Shown here piece after piece: positions 24,231 to 32,128 of a DNA stretch of 64,000 nucleotides (its first letter is position 1; the number at the start of each line of letters is the position of its first letter). The notes below the pieces were generated by a model. The model made no database searches, was not told the DNA's origin, and saw nothing but the letters and a program-made list of their open reading frames with translations. Origin of the DNA: an uncultured bacterium (GTDB lineage Bacteria; Fermentibacterota; Fermentibacteria; Fermentibacterales; JCC-6); NCBI GenBank assembly GCA_964426545.1, contig CAYRQP010000002.1, positions 44,979 through 108,978 on the forward strand. Direction: 5' to 3'. The translations under genes were made by a program, and so were the position numbers.

Positions 24231-24593
24231 GTGGCGAGAATCGCGGGAGTAGACCTTCCACGGAATAAGCAGATACTTTATGCACTGCCATACATCTATG
24301 GAATAGGATTAACTTCTTCAAAGGAGATTATCGAGAAGACCGGTATTCCTCCCGAAACGAAGACCGATGATCTTACAGAGAGTGAAGTAGCAACATTAAG
24401 GAAGATAATCGAATCGGACTATGTTGTAGAAGGTGCACTGAGAGCGAAAGTCAACATGAACAAGAAACGTCTGATGGACATCAAGTGCTACCGCGGCATC
24501 AGACACAGGAAGGGTCTTCCTGTCCGTGGACAGCGTACGCACACAAACGCTCGAACCCGCAAGGGTCCTAAGCGTATTACCAAACGGAAATAG
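24231..24593 (+). CDS. rpsM: 30S ribosomal protein S13
   Basis: [13 protein letters not shown]… conserved S13; GTG start after GGAGGT. Confidence 0.95.
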   Translation: MARIAGVDLPRNKQILYALPYIYGIGLTSSKEIIEKTGIPPETKTDDLTESEVATLRKIIESDYVVEGALRAKVNMNKKRLMDIKCYRGIRHRKGLPVRGQRTHTNARTRKGPKRITKRK

Positions 24594-24601
24594 GAGAGAG
24601 T

Positions 24602-25012
24602 ATGCCTAAGAAAGCCAAAAAAGGTAAAACCACACGGGCGGTCAAGAAGAAGAAAGTTACCGATGTCAACGGCATTGCTCATGTAAAATCATCATTTAAC
24701 AATACCAAGATTACAATTACAGATAGAAACGGTAATGTCATTACATGGGCAAGCGGCGGAACCACAGGTGTGAAAGGTACACGAAAGAGCACTGCATTTG
24801 CTGCCGGACAGGCTGCAGTTCAGGTTGCTGAGAAAGCAATCGAAGCAGGATTGAAGAAGATTGAGATTTGGGTCAAAGGACCCGGGTCAGGAAGAGAAGC
24901 TGCCGTAAGAGCTCTTCAGACAGCAGATATTGAAGTTACCGCAATCAAAGACCTCACCAGAATACCCCATAATGGTTGCCGTCCGACTAAGCGTCGAAGA
25001 AAAGGGAAATAA
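24602..25012 (+). CDS. rpsK: 30S ribosomal protein S11
   Basis: Conserved S11 sequence and position. Confidence 0.95.
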   Translation: MPKKAKKGKTTRAVKKKKVTDVNGIAHVKSSFNNTKITITDRNGNVITWASGGTTGVKGTRKSTAFAAGQAAVQVAEKAIEAGLKKIEIWVKGPGSGREAAVRALQTADIEVTAIKDLTRIPHNGCRPTKRRRKGK

Positions 25013-25058
25013 CAGAAACAGCGGCAGGACCGCATTAATGATTTCAGGGGAGGATCTG

Positions 25059-26030
25059 ATGGGATACAAAAGTCTATATCTTCCGGACAAGATAGAGTGG
25101 GATAAAGAAACATATACGGATACATTCGGCAGGCTTGAAATAACACCGCTCGAACGTGGCTTCGGGAATACACTCGGGAATGCACTGAGACGAGTGCTTT
25201 TTTCTTCACTTGAAGGTGTAGCTCCAGTTTCAATGAAGATAGAGGGAGCCAGGCACGAATTTTCAGCTCTTGCCGGAATAGTTGAAGATGTTACGGAGAT
25301 TGTACTTAATGTAAAAGCACTGGTCGTGCAGTACGATGGTACAGAACCGCAGACGATTCAATTGAACAGAAAAAAGAAAAGAAAGAAGAAGGACGTTATA
25401 ACAGCATCAGAACTGAAGTGTAACGACGGTGTTAAAATAATCAACGGAGATCATGTAATTGCGGAACTTACCGAAGGCGGAGTTCTGAATCTGGAAATCA
25501 GAATTGAAAAGGGGAAAGGCTTCGTCACCGCTGACGAATGGGATAATGCAGACACGGATGAAGAAGAAGGAGTTATCTTTCTCGATTCGTGGTTCTGTCC
25601 GATAACAAAAGTCAATTATGATGTGCAGGACGCTCGTGTCGGAGATAAAACCGATTACGATAAACTCACGATGAATGTACATACTGACGGAAGTGTTACG
25701 CCGGAAGAAGTTATTAAGACAGCCTGTGATATTCTTATGAAACACTTTGAAATGGTATTCGAAGGGAAAGAATATGTGGAAGATAAAATTGTTGCGGATT
25801 TGGTTTCGGGTGGAGCTTCGAAGGAAAAATCACCCGCAGAAATCACGCTTGTTGATTTTGGAATATCCACCAAGATAGGGAATATTCTCAGAGAAGACGG
25901 AATAAATTCTCTTGCTGCACTTCTTGAAAAAACAGAGGAAGAACTTTTGGGTATCAAGGGATTTGGTCCTTCATCTCTCCATGAGATACAGGACAAACTT
26001 AACGAAAAGGAACTTAAACTAAGTAAATGA
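25059..26030 (+). CDS. rpoA: DNA-directed RNA polymerase subunit alpha
   Basis: …LEITPLERGFGNTLGNALRRVLFSS… N-terminal domain plus C-terminal domain; start placed at the ATG after GGGGAGGA (alternative ATG at 25038); follows rpsK directly, no rpsD in between. Confidence 0.93.
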   Translation: MGYKSLYLPDKIEWDKETYTDTFGRLEITPLERGFGNTLGNALRRVLFSSLEGVAPVSMKIEGARHEFSALAGIVEDVTEIVLNVKALVVQYDGTEPQTIQLNRKKKRKKKDVITASELKCNDGVKIINGDHVIAELTEGGVLNLEIRIEKGKGFVTADEWDNADTDEEEGVIFLDSWFCPITKVNYDVQDARVGDKTDYDKLTMNVHTDGSVTPEEVIKTACDILMKHFEMVFEGKEYVEDKIVADLVSGGASKEKSPAEITLVDFGISTKIGNILREDGINSLAALLEKTEEELLGIKGFGPSSLHEIQDKLNEKELKLSK

Positions 26031-26048
26031 CAGGACCGGGAGAATATT

Positions 26049-26447
26049 ATGCGTCATAGAAAAACAACCCCGAAGTTAGGAAGAAAGCCGGCTGCCCGAA
26101 GACGGATGCTGAGAAGTCTTGTAACTTCGCTGATTCTCGAGGAGAGAATCAAAACCAGTCTCGGAAAAGCAAAAGCCGCCCGTAGCGCTGCGGAGAAGCT
26201 AATCTCCAAGTCGAAGATAGACACTCTGCATTCCCGAAGGACTGCAGCCGCTTCAGTATATGGAAGTATAGCTCTAAAAAAACTCTTCGAAGAAATTGGG
26301 CCAAGGTATACTGATAGACCGGGCGGTTATACAAGAATACTGAAACTTGGACCGCGCAAGGGAGACGGTGCCGAAGAATGCATCCTCGAACTTGTTGACT
26401 CTCCGGGGTCAGTAATCGAGCAGGATAAGAAGACTAAGAAGAAATAG
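26049..26447 (+). CDS. rplQ: 50S ribosomal protein L17
   Basis: MRHRKTTPKLGRKPAARRRMLRSL… conserved L17. Confidence 0.95.
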   Translation: MRHRKTTPKLGRKPAARRRMLRSLVTSLILEERIKTSLGKAKAARSAAEKLISKSKIDTLHSRRTAAASVYGSIALKKLFEEIGPRYTDRPGGYTRILKLGPRKGDGAEECILELVDSPGSVIEQDKKTKKK

Positions 26448-26449
26448 CA

Positions 26450-27418
26450 ATGCACAGAACAGCCATTCTCACAAGCGGGGGTGATGCCCCCGGAATGAAT
26501 GCCTGTATCAGAGCCGCGGTTAGAGCAGGTCTCAACCGCGGTTTTGAAGTATATGGCATTTACAAAGGTTATAAAGGGCTGATAGACGGTAATGTCTTCC
26601 CCCTTCATACAGGAGATGTCAGCAATATTATCCAGCGCGGCGGTACAATACTCCACGCTGCAAGAAGCAGGAGATTCTACACTGCCGAAGGCAGAACTAA
26701 GGCTGCCGGAATTCTGCAGGAACACAATATCAACAGTCTGATCGTAATTGGCGGAGACGGCAGTTTTCATGGGGCAGATTTACTGGCAGAAGAGCATGGC
26801 GTTGTTGTAGTAGGCGTTCCGGGGACAATTGACAACGACATCTGGGGTACCGATTTCACCATCGGTTATGATACTGCTGTGAACACGGCTCTCGATGCAG
26901 TGGACAAGATCAGAGATACAGCAGCTGCACATGACAGACTGTTCATAATCGAAGTGATGGGGCGGTCTGCAGGATTCATCGCTCTTGAAGTAGGTGTAGG
27001 GGCAGGAGCAGAAGCCGTTCTCATACCGGAAACTCCTACTGACCTCGAAGCAATCTGTTCCTTGATGAAAAATCGTATATCGAATGGCAGGACTTCGAAC
27101 ATCCTTGTAGTCGCAGAAGGTGACGAAGAAGGTGATGCCTTCGAAATCGCCCGCAAAATAGAGAGTATTTCAGGTATGAAGAGCCGTATTACAGTACTCG
27201 GTCATGTTCAGCGCGGCGGGTCTCCAACCACGTCTGACAGAGTTCTTGCTTCCAAAATGGGTTCAGCCGCAGTAACTGCGATAGCTGACAATGCCTGCCC
27301 CTGCTACATCGGCCAACTAAACGGCATCATGCACAGACACCCGTTCAAAGCCGCCCGGGAAAACAGGAAACCCCTCGACCCGCTCCTCCTCAAACTCACC
27401 GAAACCCTCGCTACCTAA
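26450..27418 (+). CDS. pfkA: ATP-dependent 6-phosphofructokinase
   Basis: …ILTSGGDAPGMNACIRA…GGDGS… PFK motifs; starts 2 nt after rplQ stop. Confidence 0.92.
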   Translation: MHRTAILTSGGDAPGMNACIRAAVRAGLNRGFEVYGIYKGYKGLIDGNVFPLHTGDVSNIIQRGGTILHAARSRRFYTAEGRTKAAGILQEHNINSLIVIGGDGSFHGADLLAEEHGVVVVGVPGTIDNDIWGTDFTIGYDTAVNTALDAVDKIRDTAAAHDRLFIIEVMGRSAGFIALEVGVGAGAEAVLIPETPTDLEAICSLMKNRISNGRTSNILVVAEGDEEGDAFEIARKIESISGMKSRITVLGHVQRGGSPTTSDRVLASKMGSAAVTAIADNACPCYIGQLNGIMHRHPFKAARENRKPLDPLLLKLTETLAT

Positions 27419-27443
27419 TTGGGGACGGAGGAGTTAGCTATAC

Positions 27444-27704
27444 CTACTTCTTCTTCACTAAGGATTTCATCGCTTCGAGATATAGAGTATCAGGGCAGAT
27501 GTCCTGTCCATTAGGCCATGCTACTGTTCCATCGACTACTCGTGCCTGTGAGAAGTAATGCTTGTCTCTGAGTTCGGTAAAAACACTAAAATCAAGCAGG
27601 TCTGAACAATCATATATTCCGGTTTCACCATTGGTAAATAGAATAATCAACTCATAATCGGTAGTCGTAGTAACTTCGGATACTCTCGGATTCACTATCT
27701 TCAC
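27444..27704 (-). CDS. DUF2442-family small protein
   Basis: 86 aa, GTG start; …ILFTNGETGIYDCSDLL…VVDGTVAWPNGQDICPDTLY… matches the DUF2442 family as I recall it; its GTG overlaps the stop of the upstream DUF4160 gene (GTGA). Confidence 0.75.
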   Translation of the reverse strand: MKIVNPRVSEVTTTTDYELIILFTNGETGIYDCSDLLDFSVFTELRDKHYFSQARVVDGTVAWPNGQDICPDTLYLEAMKSLVKKK

Positions 27705-27967
27705 CTTAGAGGTTCAATTTTATATGGATGTTCACCGGATACAGCCAATTCCCAATCAGCAACAAGTTCATCTTTATGTATTTCAATTCATGCATGAAGC
27801 AATTTCAGATTGTCCTGGAATGCTTCCCTCGAGAATATTCCATCCGGAATAGAAACAACCGCTTCATGTTCTTGATATTTAACATGAATATGAGGAGTGC
27901 TATGTTGTTTGTTATCTATGAAATACATGTAGATAATAATTCCATAAAATGTTGATATTGCAGGCAT
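27701..27967 (-). CDS. DUF4160-family protein interrupted by an in-frame TGA (codon 60); N-terminal 59-aa ORF ends at 27788
   Basis: MPAISTFYGIIIYMYFIDNKQHSTPHIHVKYQEHEAVVSIPDGIFSREAFQDNLKLLHA*IEIHKDELVADWELAVSGEHPYKIEPLR*; same reading frame continues past the TGA at 27788-27790 to a terminal TGA overlapping the DUF2442 GTG; RBS GAGGGGGAG upstream of ATG 27967. Confidence 0.65.
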
Positions 27968-27992
27968 AATAATCTCCCCCTCAGTTTGAAAC

Positions 27993-28021
27993 ATAATCTC
28001 ATATATCGAATAGCTTGTCAA
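27993..28021 (-). promoter_or_regulatory. sigma70-like promoter for the DUF4160/DUF2442 pair
   Basis: minus-strand TTGACA-N17-GATTAT located ~26 nt upstream of the ATG at 27967. Confidence 0.5.
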
Positions 28022-28037
28022 GCACTGATGAACTCGG

Positions 28038-28060
28038 AGGAGTTAGTCTAACTAACTCCT
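28038..28060. terminator. 10-bp stem / 3-nt loop hairpin downstream of the Cys-rich gene
   Basis: AGGAGTTAGT-CTA-ACTAACTCCT, 5 nt beyond the stop of the minus-strand gene 28066-28260; no strong U-run on minus strand, so terminator assignment is tentative. Confidence 0.35.
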
Positions 28061-28065
28061 TTATA

Positions 28066-28260
28066 TCAGATTATTTGTCTGTCTTTAATCAGGAACTCAA
28101 ACGACCGGTCCCACTTCTTTTCACCCTCTTTTGAGTACATGCATCCCGTAAACTGTCCCATCTTACGATGATATGCGATGCATTCACGGCACTTGCCGTG
28201 GCGTGGACAGCCCGGGTAAGTACAGGCACACTCAGGGTTTGTGCAATCTGTATTCGACAT
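28066..28260 (-). CDS. small cysteine-rich protein (8 Cys; putative metal-binding mini-protein)
   Basis: MSNTDCTNPECACTYPGCPRHGKCRECIAYHRKMGQFTGCMYSKEGEKKWDRSFEFLIKDRQII; strong RBS GTGGGGGAAAT before ATG; own promoter. Confidence 0.7.
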   Translation of the reverse strand: MSNTDCTNPECACTYPGCPRHGKCRECIAYHRKMGQFTGCMYSKEGEKKWDRSFEFLIKDRQII

Positions 28261-28284
28261 ATTTCCCCCACTTCTCTCTATACA

Positions 28285-28312
28285 AATATAGTACCGTACA
28301 TCACTTTTTCAA
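28285..28312 (-). promoter_or_regulatory. sigma70-like promoter of the Cys-rich gene, with overlapping palindromic 9-mer
   Basis: minus-strand TTGAAA-N16-TATATT; palindromic GTACCGTAC (28291-28299) lies in the spacer; a second copy GTACGGTAC sits at 28362-28370. Confidence 0.45.
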
Positions 28313-28454
28313 CTTTAGTCGCTAAACACCATTGCCTACGGCTAAAGTGGGAAAAGTGAAGTACGGTACTTTTGCTGAAGAATGCCCGTGCGGTTTTCGG
28401 GACACGCACAGAGCTGCATGTCCCTAAGCATGATGAAGCAGCATTCTGAACAAT

Positions 28455-28505
28455 TAGGGACACCCCTTGAATGGGGATAGGCACCCCTCAAGGGGTGTCC
28501 CTAAT
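28455..28505 (+). promoter_or_regulatory. 17-bp perfect inverted repeat hairpin in the 5' leader of the HAD gene (attenuator/terminator-like)
   Basis: TTAGGGACACCCCTTGA-ATGGGGATAGGCACCCC-TCAAGGGGTGTCCCTAA followed by TTATATTA, ends ~15 nt before the GGAAGGGGGG RBS of the HAD gene. Confidence 0.45.
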
Positions 28506-28529
28506 TATATTACCGGGGAAGGGGGGAAC

Positions 28530-29177
28530 ATGCTGAAAGCAGTCATATTCGACCTCGACGGAACACTGCTCGATACGCTCGGGGACATACACAGAGTAGC
28601 GAACCTTGTACTCAAAGCACAGGATTTTCCGCTGAAAAGCCTTGACTTCATCAGAATGGCTGTCGGAAGCGGTGTAGGCATGTTGTCCCGTCGGATACTT
28701 CCGGAAGAGAACCGAGATGATGATACTATCGGAGGTATCACTGAAGCCATCGAAGAGGAATTCTTTCAAAACGGGATACTACTGACAAAACCATATCCCG
28801 GTATTCCGGAAATGCTGTACTCACTAACAGAAAAAGAAATTCCTATGATGGTTCTCACAAACAAACCACAGATTTCAGCCGAACGGGCTGTAACCCGTTT
28901 CTTTCCGGATATTCCATTTAAATGTGTTCTGGGTGTCCGCCCCGGTTTTCCGCAGAAACCTGACAAGCGTGTTGTAGTTGAGTCGTTGAGAGTACTCGAT
29001 GCGCCTTCCTCTACTACGGGAATAGTCGGAGACTCTGATATCGACATGCAGGCAGGTACAGCCGGGGGACTTCACCGGATTGGAGTGTCATGGGGGTACA
29101 GGGATGTATCGGTTCTCAAGGCAAACAACGCTGATATCATTGTGGACTCACCTTTGGAAATTCTCGATTTGCTCTAA
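28530..29177 (+). CDS. HAD-superfamily hydrolase (phosphoglycolate phosphatase-like)
   Basis: MLKAVIFDLDGTLLDT (motif I DxDGT), …LTNKP… and …GDSDIDMQAG… motifs; ATG after GGAAGGGGGG (track ORF 28467 starts upstream). Confidence 0.85.
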   Translation: MLKAVIFDLDGTLLDTLGDIHRVANLVLKAQDFPLKSLDFIRMAVGSGVGMLSRRILPEENRDDDTIGGITEAIEEEFFQNGILLTKPYPGIPEMLYSLTEKEIPMMVLTNKPQISAERAVTRFFPDIPFKCVLGVRPGFPQKPDKRVVVESLRVLDAPSSTTGIVGDSDIDMQAGTAGGLHRIGVSWGYRDVSVLKANNADIIVDSPLEILDLL

Positions 29178-30127
29178 TCCCCGGGAGAGTAGTCCTTTCC
29201 CACAATGACATTTATTGCCTTGGGTAGTGATTCGAAAGTAACTGAAATATCACCTTCGAATACTTTTGGAGCGGCTTCACCGTCCAGTTCAACCTTGATT
29301 TCACCTGATGACCGGATTGTGATTTCCTTTCCTTTCCAGGAAGATACAGACTTATAATCCAGTACTGTACCGTTGAACAATCTCGGCAGATTCCAGTACA
29401 GCCTGATTCTCGATGCAGGACGGATTACCACGGCATCAAGTAATCCATCATCAGGAACGGAAGCAGGAGAAGGTTGCATTCCACCGCCTGCATATTTGCA
29501 GACTCCGAGAGTCAGACTAAGATATTCACCAGAGAATACAGATTCTCCGTCAACAGCTATCTCAGCATCCCACGAAGGCGGGTTCATAAGCGTGGTAACA
29601 AGTGTTCCCATGTAACCGCTGTTCTTGAGGGGTTTGTGCTTTCTCTTTGCCAGAGTTTTCATAAGTACATGTGCATCGAGCCCAAGCCCTGCAGAGTTCA
29701 CATACTTTGCTTCATAGAGTAAGGTCCCGCTGCTTCTAATAGAGCACCGGCCGATGTCAAGATGTTCGCTTCTGCCCCTTACGATTGCTTTCACGGCTTC
29801 TTCATAATCAGGGATCTTCAATGTGCGAACCCAGTCGTTGCCGGTGCCGGTGGGAATCACTGCAAGAATTGGAGAATTTGACTCCTCTGTTGGAAATCCC
29901 CTGATCACATGGCTTGCAGTTCCATCGCCGCCGATTATTATGATCCCACGGCGGTTTTCCCTGCAGGCAACAGACGCAATCTCTGAGAGGTGCAGAGCAT
30001 TTCTGGACAATACTGTTTCAAAACTGATGCCACTTTCAGTCAGAGCAGGTCCAGTAGTTTTCCAGATTTTCCTGCTCCTGCCACCTCCTGCAGTAGGATT
30101 GACAATGACGAGCCAGTCCTTCTTCAT
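29174..30127 (-). CDS. diacylglycerol/lipid kinase family protein (YegS/DagK-like)
   Basis: …IVNPTAGGGRS…IIIIGGDGTASHV…PTGTGND… DAGK catalytic motifs. Confidence 0.85.
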   Translation of the reverse strand: MKKDWLVIVNPTAGGGRSRKIWKTTGPALTESGISFETVLSRNALHLSEIASVACRENRRGIIIIGGDGTASHVIRGFPTEESNSPILAVIPTGTGNDWVRTLKIPDYEEAVKAIVRGRSEHLDIGRCSIRSSGTLLYEAKYVNSAGLGLDAHVLMKTLAKRKHKPLKNSGYMGTLVTTLMNPPSWDAEIAVDGESVFSGEYLSLTLGVCKYAGGGMQPSPASVPDDGLLDAVVIRPASRIRLYWNLPRLFNGTVLDYKSVSSWKGKEITIRSSGEIKVELDGEAAPKVFEGDISVTFESLPKAINVIVGKDYSPGD

Positions 30128-30128
30128 G

Positions 30129-30872
30129 TTAGAAACCTATATATGTGCCGACTTTTGCGAATGGACCGGAAAAATCAACTGTAAACTCATTCGCTTCAGC
30201 TTCTGATAATGTTACTTTGGAGCTTCTGTATCCGGCTTCCAGCCCGAAGTTTACAGGAAGACATGCAAGCCTGAATGTCGATTCTTGATCTATCCGCAGG
30301 GAAGTTACAAACCCGAAGGAACTACCCGTTCCAAGGGTTGATGTATTGGGTGAATCGAGTTCCCTCCGAACCGAACAGTAAGTAGGTCCTATCCCCGCAG
30401 AGAAGGAAAAGGCATTTCCATCCAGGATAATGTAGTATGCTTCAAGTTCGAAGAAGAGTTCTTGATCATCGAGGTCAATGATCTCCTGGGTATCACCAAA
30501 CAGAAAAGCTATTCCGCCGGTGGCAATTCCAATCAGAATGTAAGAGAGCGGGTCATAATTGTCACTGTAAGCCCCCTGTATCCGGGATATCCCCACACTG
30601 CTGCGAATGCGCAGTTTGCTTGGAATGGCATCGACCAGCATTTCAATCCCGCCGCCCCATGCAATTGTGCCCAGCGAGAAATCGAGCCCCGCATCATTGG
30701 TCATTTCAGCAAAATCCTTTTCATCGTCCATTCCGGGAATGGATGCCATGAAGAAGGTACCTATTCTGAATGCTGGCCCTGAAAAAGTCTCGGCAGGGGG
30801 AGAAGGTGAAAGGGAATCAGGCGGCAGCACAGGTTGTGCAAGAAGGTTTAGGGCAAGTATTAATGCAGTCAT
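30129..30872 (-). CDS. small outer-membrane beta-barrel protein (signal peptide, C-terminal …YIGF)
   Basis: 247 aa, N-terminal signal peptide, alternating amphipathic pattern, terminal aromatic residue; 1-nt spacing to DagK-like gene and 4-nt overlap with upstream lipoprotein. Confidence 0.6.
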   Translation of the reverse strand: MTALILALNLLAQPVLPPDSLSPSPPAETFSGPAFRIGTFFMASIPGMDDEKDFAEMTNDAGLDFSLGTIAWGGGIEMLVDAIPSKLRIRSSVGISRIQGAYSDNYDPLSYILIGIATGGIAFLFGDTQEIIDLDDQELFFELEAYYIILDGNAFSFSAGIGPTYCSVRRELDSPNTSTLGTGSSFGFVTSLRIDQESTFRLACLPVNFGLEAGYRSSKVTLSEAEANEFTVDFSGPFAKVGTYIGF

Positions 30873-31209
30873 TGATACACCTCGAAAAGTTGAGTGTCTA
30901 TGACAGAATTATCCAGTATCAACCTGAAATAGTAAAGTCCATCGGGTACTCTGTTATCAAGGGAATCCTGCATATTCCAGAAGCTGTTGTATTCCCCCGC
31001 CGGACAGGGATTGGACTCCGGTTCGAATGCCATTATTGTTTTCATGTAACAGTTAAGCATCAGAAGTTCAACTGTTCCCACGGTATCAATGCTCCACACA
31101 ATCGTCAGAGAATCACTTGTGACTTCCTCAAACGGATAGTCAGTTAGGTCGCATCCCGAAAGAACGAAAAACACGATAAGCGGGAATACCAAGAAGACCT
31201 TTTTCACAT
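30869..31209 (-). CDS. lipoprotein with FlgD-Ig-like / T9SS-CTD-like C-terminal domain
   Basis: GTG start after AGAGGAAAT; VKKVFLVFPLIVFFVLSGC lipobox; C-terminus …VELLMLNCYMKTIMAFEPESNPCPAGEYNSFWNMQDSLDNRVPDGLYYFRLILDNSVIDTQLFEV resembles FlgD-Ig/por-secretion C-terminal sorting domains (start differs from track ORF 31336). Confidence 0.55.
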
Positions 31210-31274
31210 TTCCTCTATATTTGATAGAATACATACATGGCGAATGACAGTACTTAATATAAAGAGTAAGACAT

Positions 31275-31823
31275 ATGAAGAGAATATCAGCAGAAAAGTG
31301 GTTGCAGGACAACTCCTTTCTGTCCAAAGGAAGCACAACAAACGACTCTGATAGACTCGCCGAGCCACCTTCCGAAGAAGTTTATTCCCAAATAGAACCG
31401 GTGAAGTGCATAGTAATTCACCATTCAGCAACTGCTTCAGGCAATGCGAAGTGCTTCCGTGCTCTGCACAGGGGGGTCTTCAAGTGGGATGACATAGGAT
31501 ATCACTTTGTGATTGGGAATGGAACATACAGTGGTGACGGGGAGATAGAGAAAGGCAGGCCGATAACAGCGATTGGTGCCCATTCCCGCGGAAACAACAG
31601 GGACAGCATTGGAATCTGTCTTGTCGGTGATTTCGAAGAGACCAGACCAACGGAGAAGCAGCTTGCTTCCCTTGGCAGTCTTCTCCTTGAACTTCTAAAT
31701 CATTTTTCACTTACTGCTGATTGTATAAAATTCCACAGAGAGATGAAAGGAAACAAGACTCTCTGCCCGGGGGAAAATCTTCCTAAAAGCCTTGTTTTGG
31801 CTGTTCTGAGTAAACATCCTTAA
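31275..31823 (+). CDS. N-acetylmuramoyl-L-alanine amidase (amidase_2/PGRP fold)
   Basis: …IVIHHSAT…GYHFVIGNG…AHSRGNNRDSIGICLVGDF… zinc amidase motifs. Confidence 0.8.
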   Translation: MKRISAEKWLQDNSFLSKGSTTNDSDRLAEPPSEEVYSQIEPVKCIVIHHSATASGNAKCFRALHRGVFKWDDIGYHFVIGNGTYSGDGEIEKGRPITAIGAHSRGNNRDSIGICLVGDFEETRPTEKQLASLGSLLLELLNHFSLTADCIKFHREMKGNKTLCPGENLPKSLVLAVLSKHP

Positions 31824-31882
31824 AGACTTGTCAAAACCGTATCCTTTTTGTATATAGCACGTCTCGAAAGGATGAGAAACAT

Positions 31883-32113
31883 ATGCTGACAATACTGACG
31901 ATTTTGCACTTTATTATATGCGTTCTGCTCGTTGCTGTTGTGCTTCTGCAGAAGTCGAAAGGCGACGGTCTTTCCGGTGCTTTCGGCGGGGGCGGAGCCA
32001 TGACAGCTTCATTCGGCAACCGCGGAGCTGCATCGATGCTGTCAAGAGCAACGACAATCCTGGCAGTTCTCTTCATGTCAACTTCTTTTCTTCTTGCTAT
32101 AATCCCTAAATAG
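31883..32113 (+). CDS. secG: preprotein translocase subunit SecG
   Basis: 76 aa, two TM helices flanking …LLQKSKGDGLSGAFGGGGAMTASFGNRGA…; followed by tRNA-Leu as in E. coli secG-leuU. Confidence 0.88.
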   Translation: MLTILTILHFIICVLLVAVVLLQKSKGDGLSGAFGGGGAMTASFGNRGAASMLSRATTILAVLFMSTSFLLAIIPK

Positions 32114-32128
32114 CGAAGATATCTTTAG

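Noticed and set aside
27788-27790. Possibility that TGA is globally recoded (genetic code 4 or 25), explaining the in-frame TGA in the DUF4160 gene
   Set aside because: Several well-conserved genes in the window terminate with TGA at the expected position (e.g. infA at 24079-24081 and rfbD/rmlD at 52444-52446). So TGA is a normal stop here, and the event is gene-specific.
28399-28424. ACGCACAG string resembling part of the c-di-GMP-I (GEMM) riboswitch core
   Set aside because: Only an 8-nt match. The flanking sequence lacks the GNRA tetraloop/receptor architecture, so this is likely coincidence.
28278-28484. 68-aa minus-strand ORF in the structured intergenic region
   Set aside because: It has no RBS, and it spans hairpins and promoter elements. 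The region is better explained as regulatory or noncoding.
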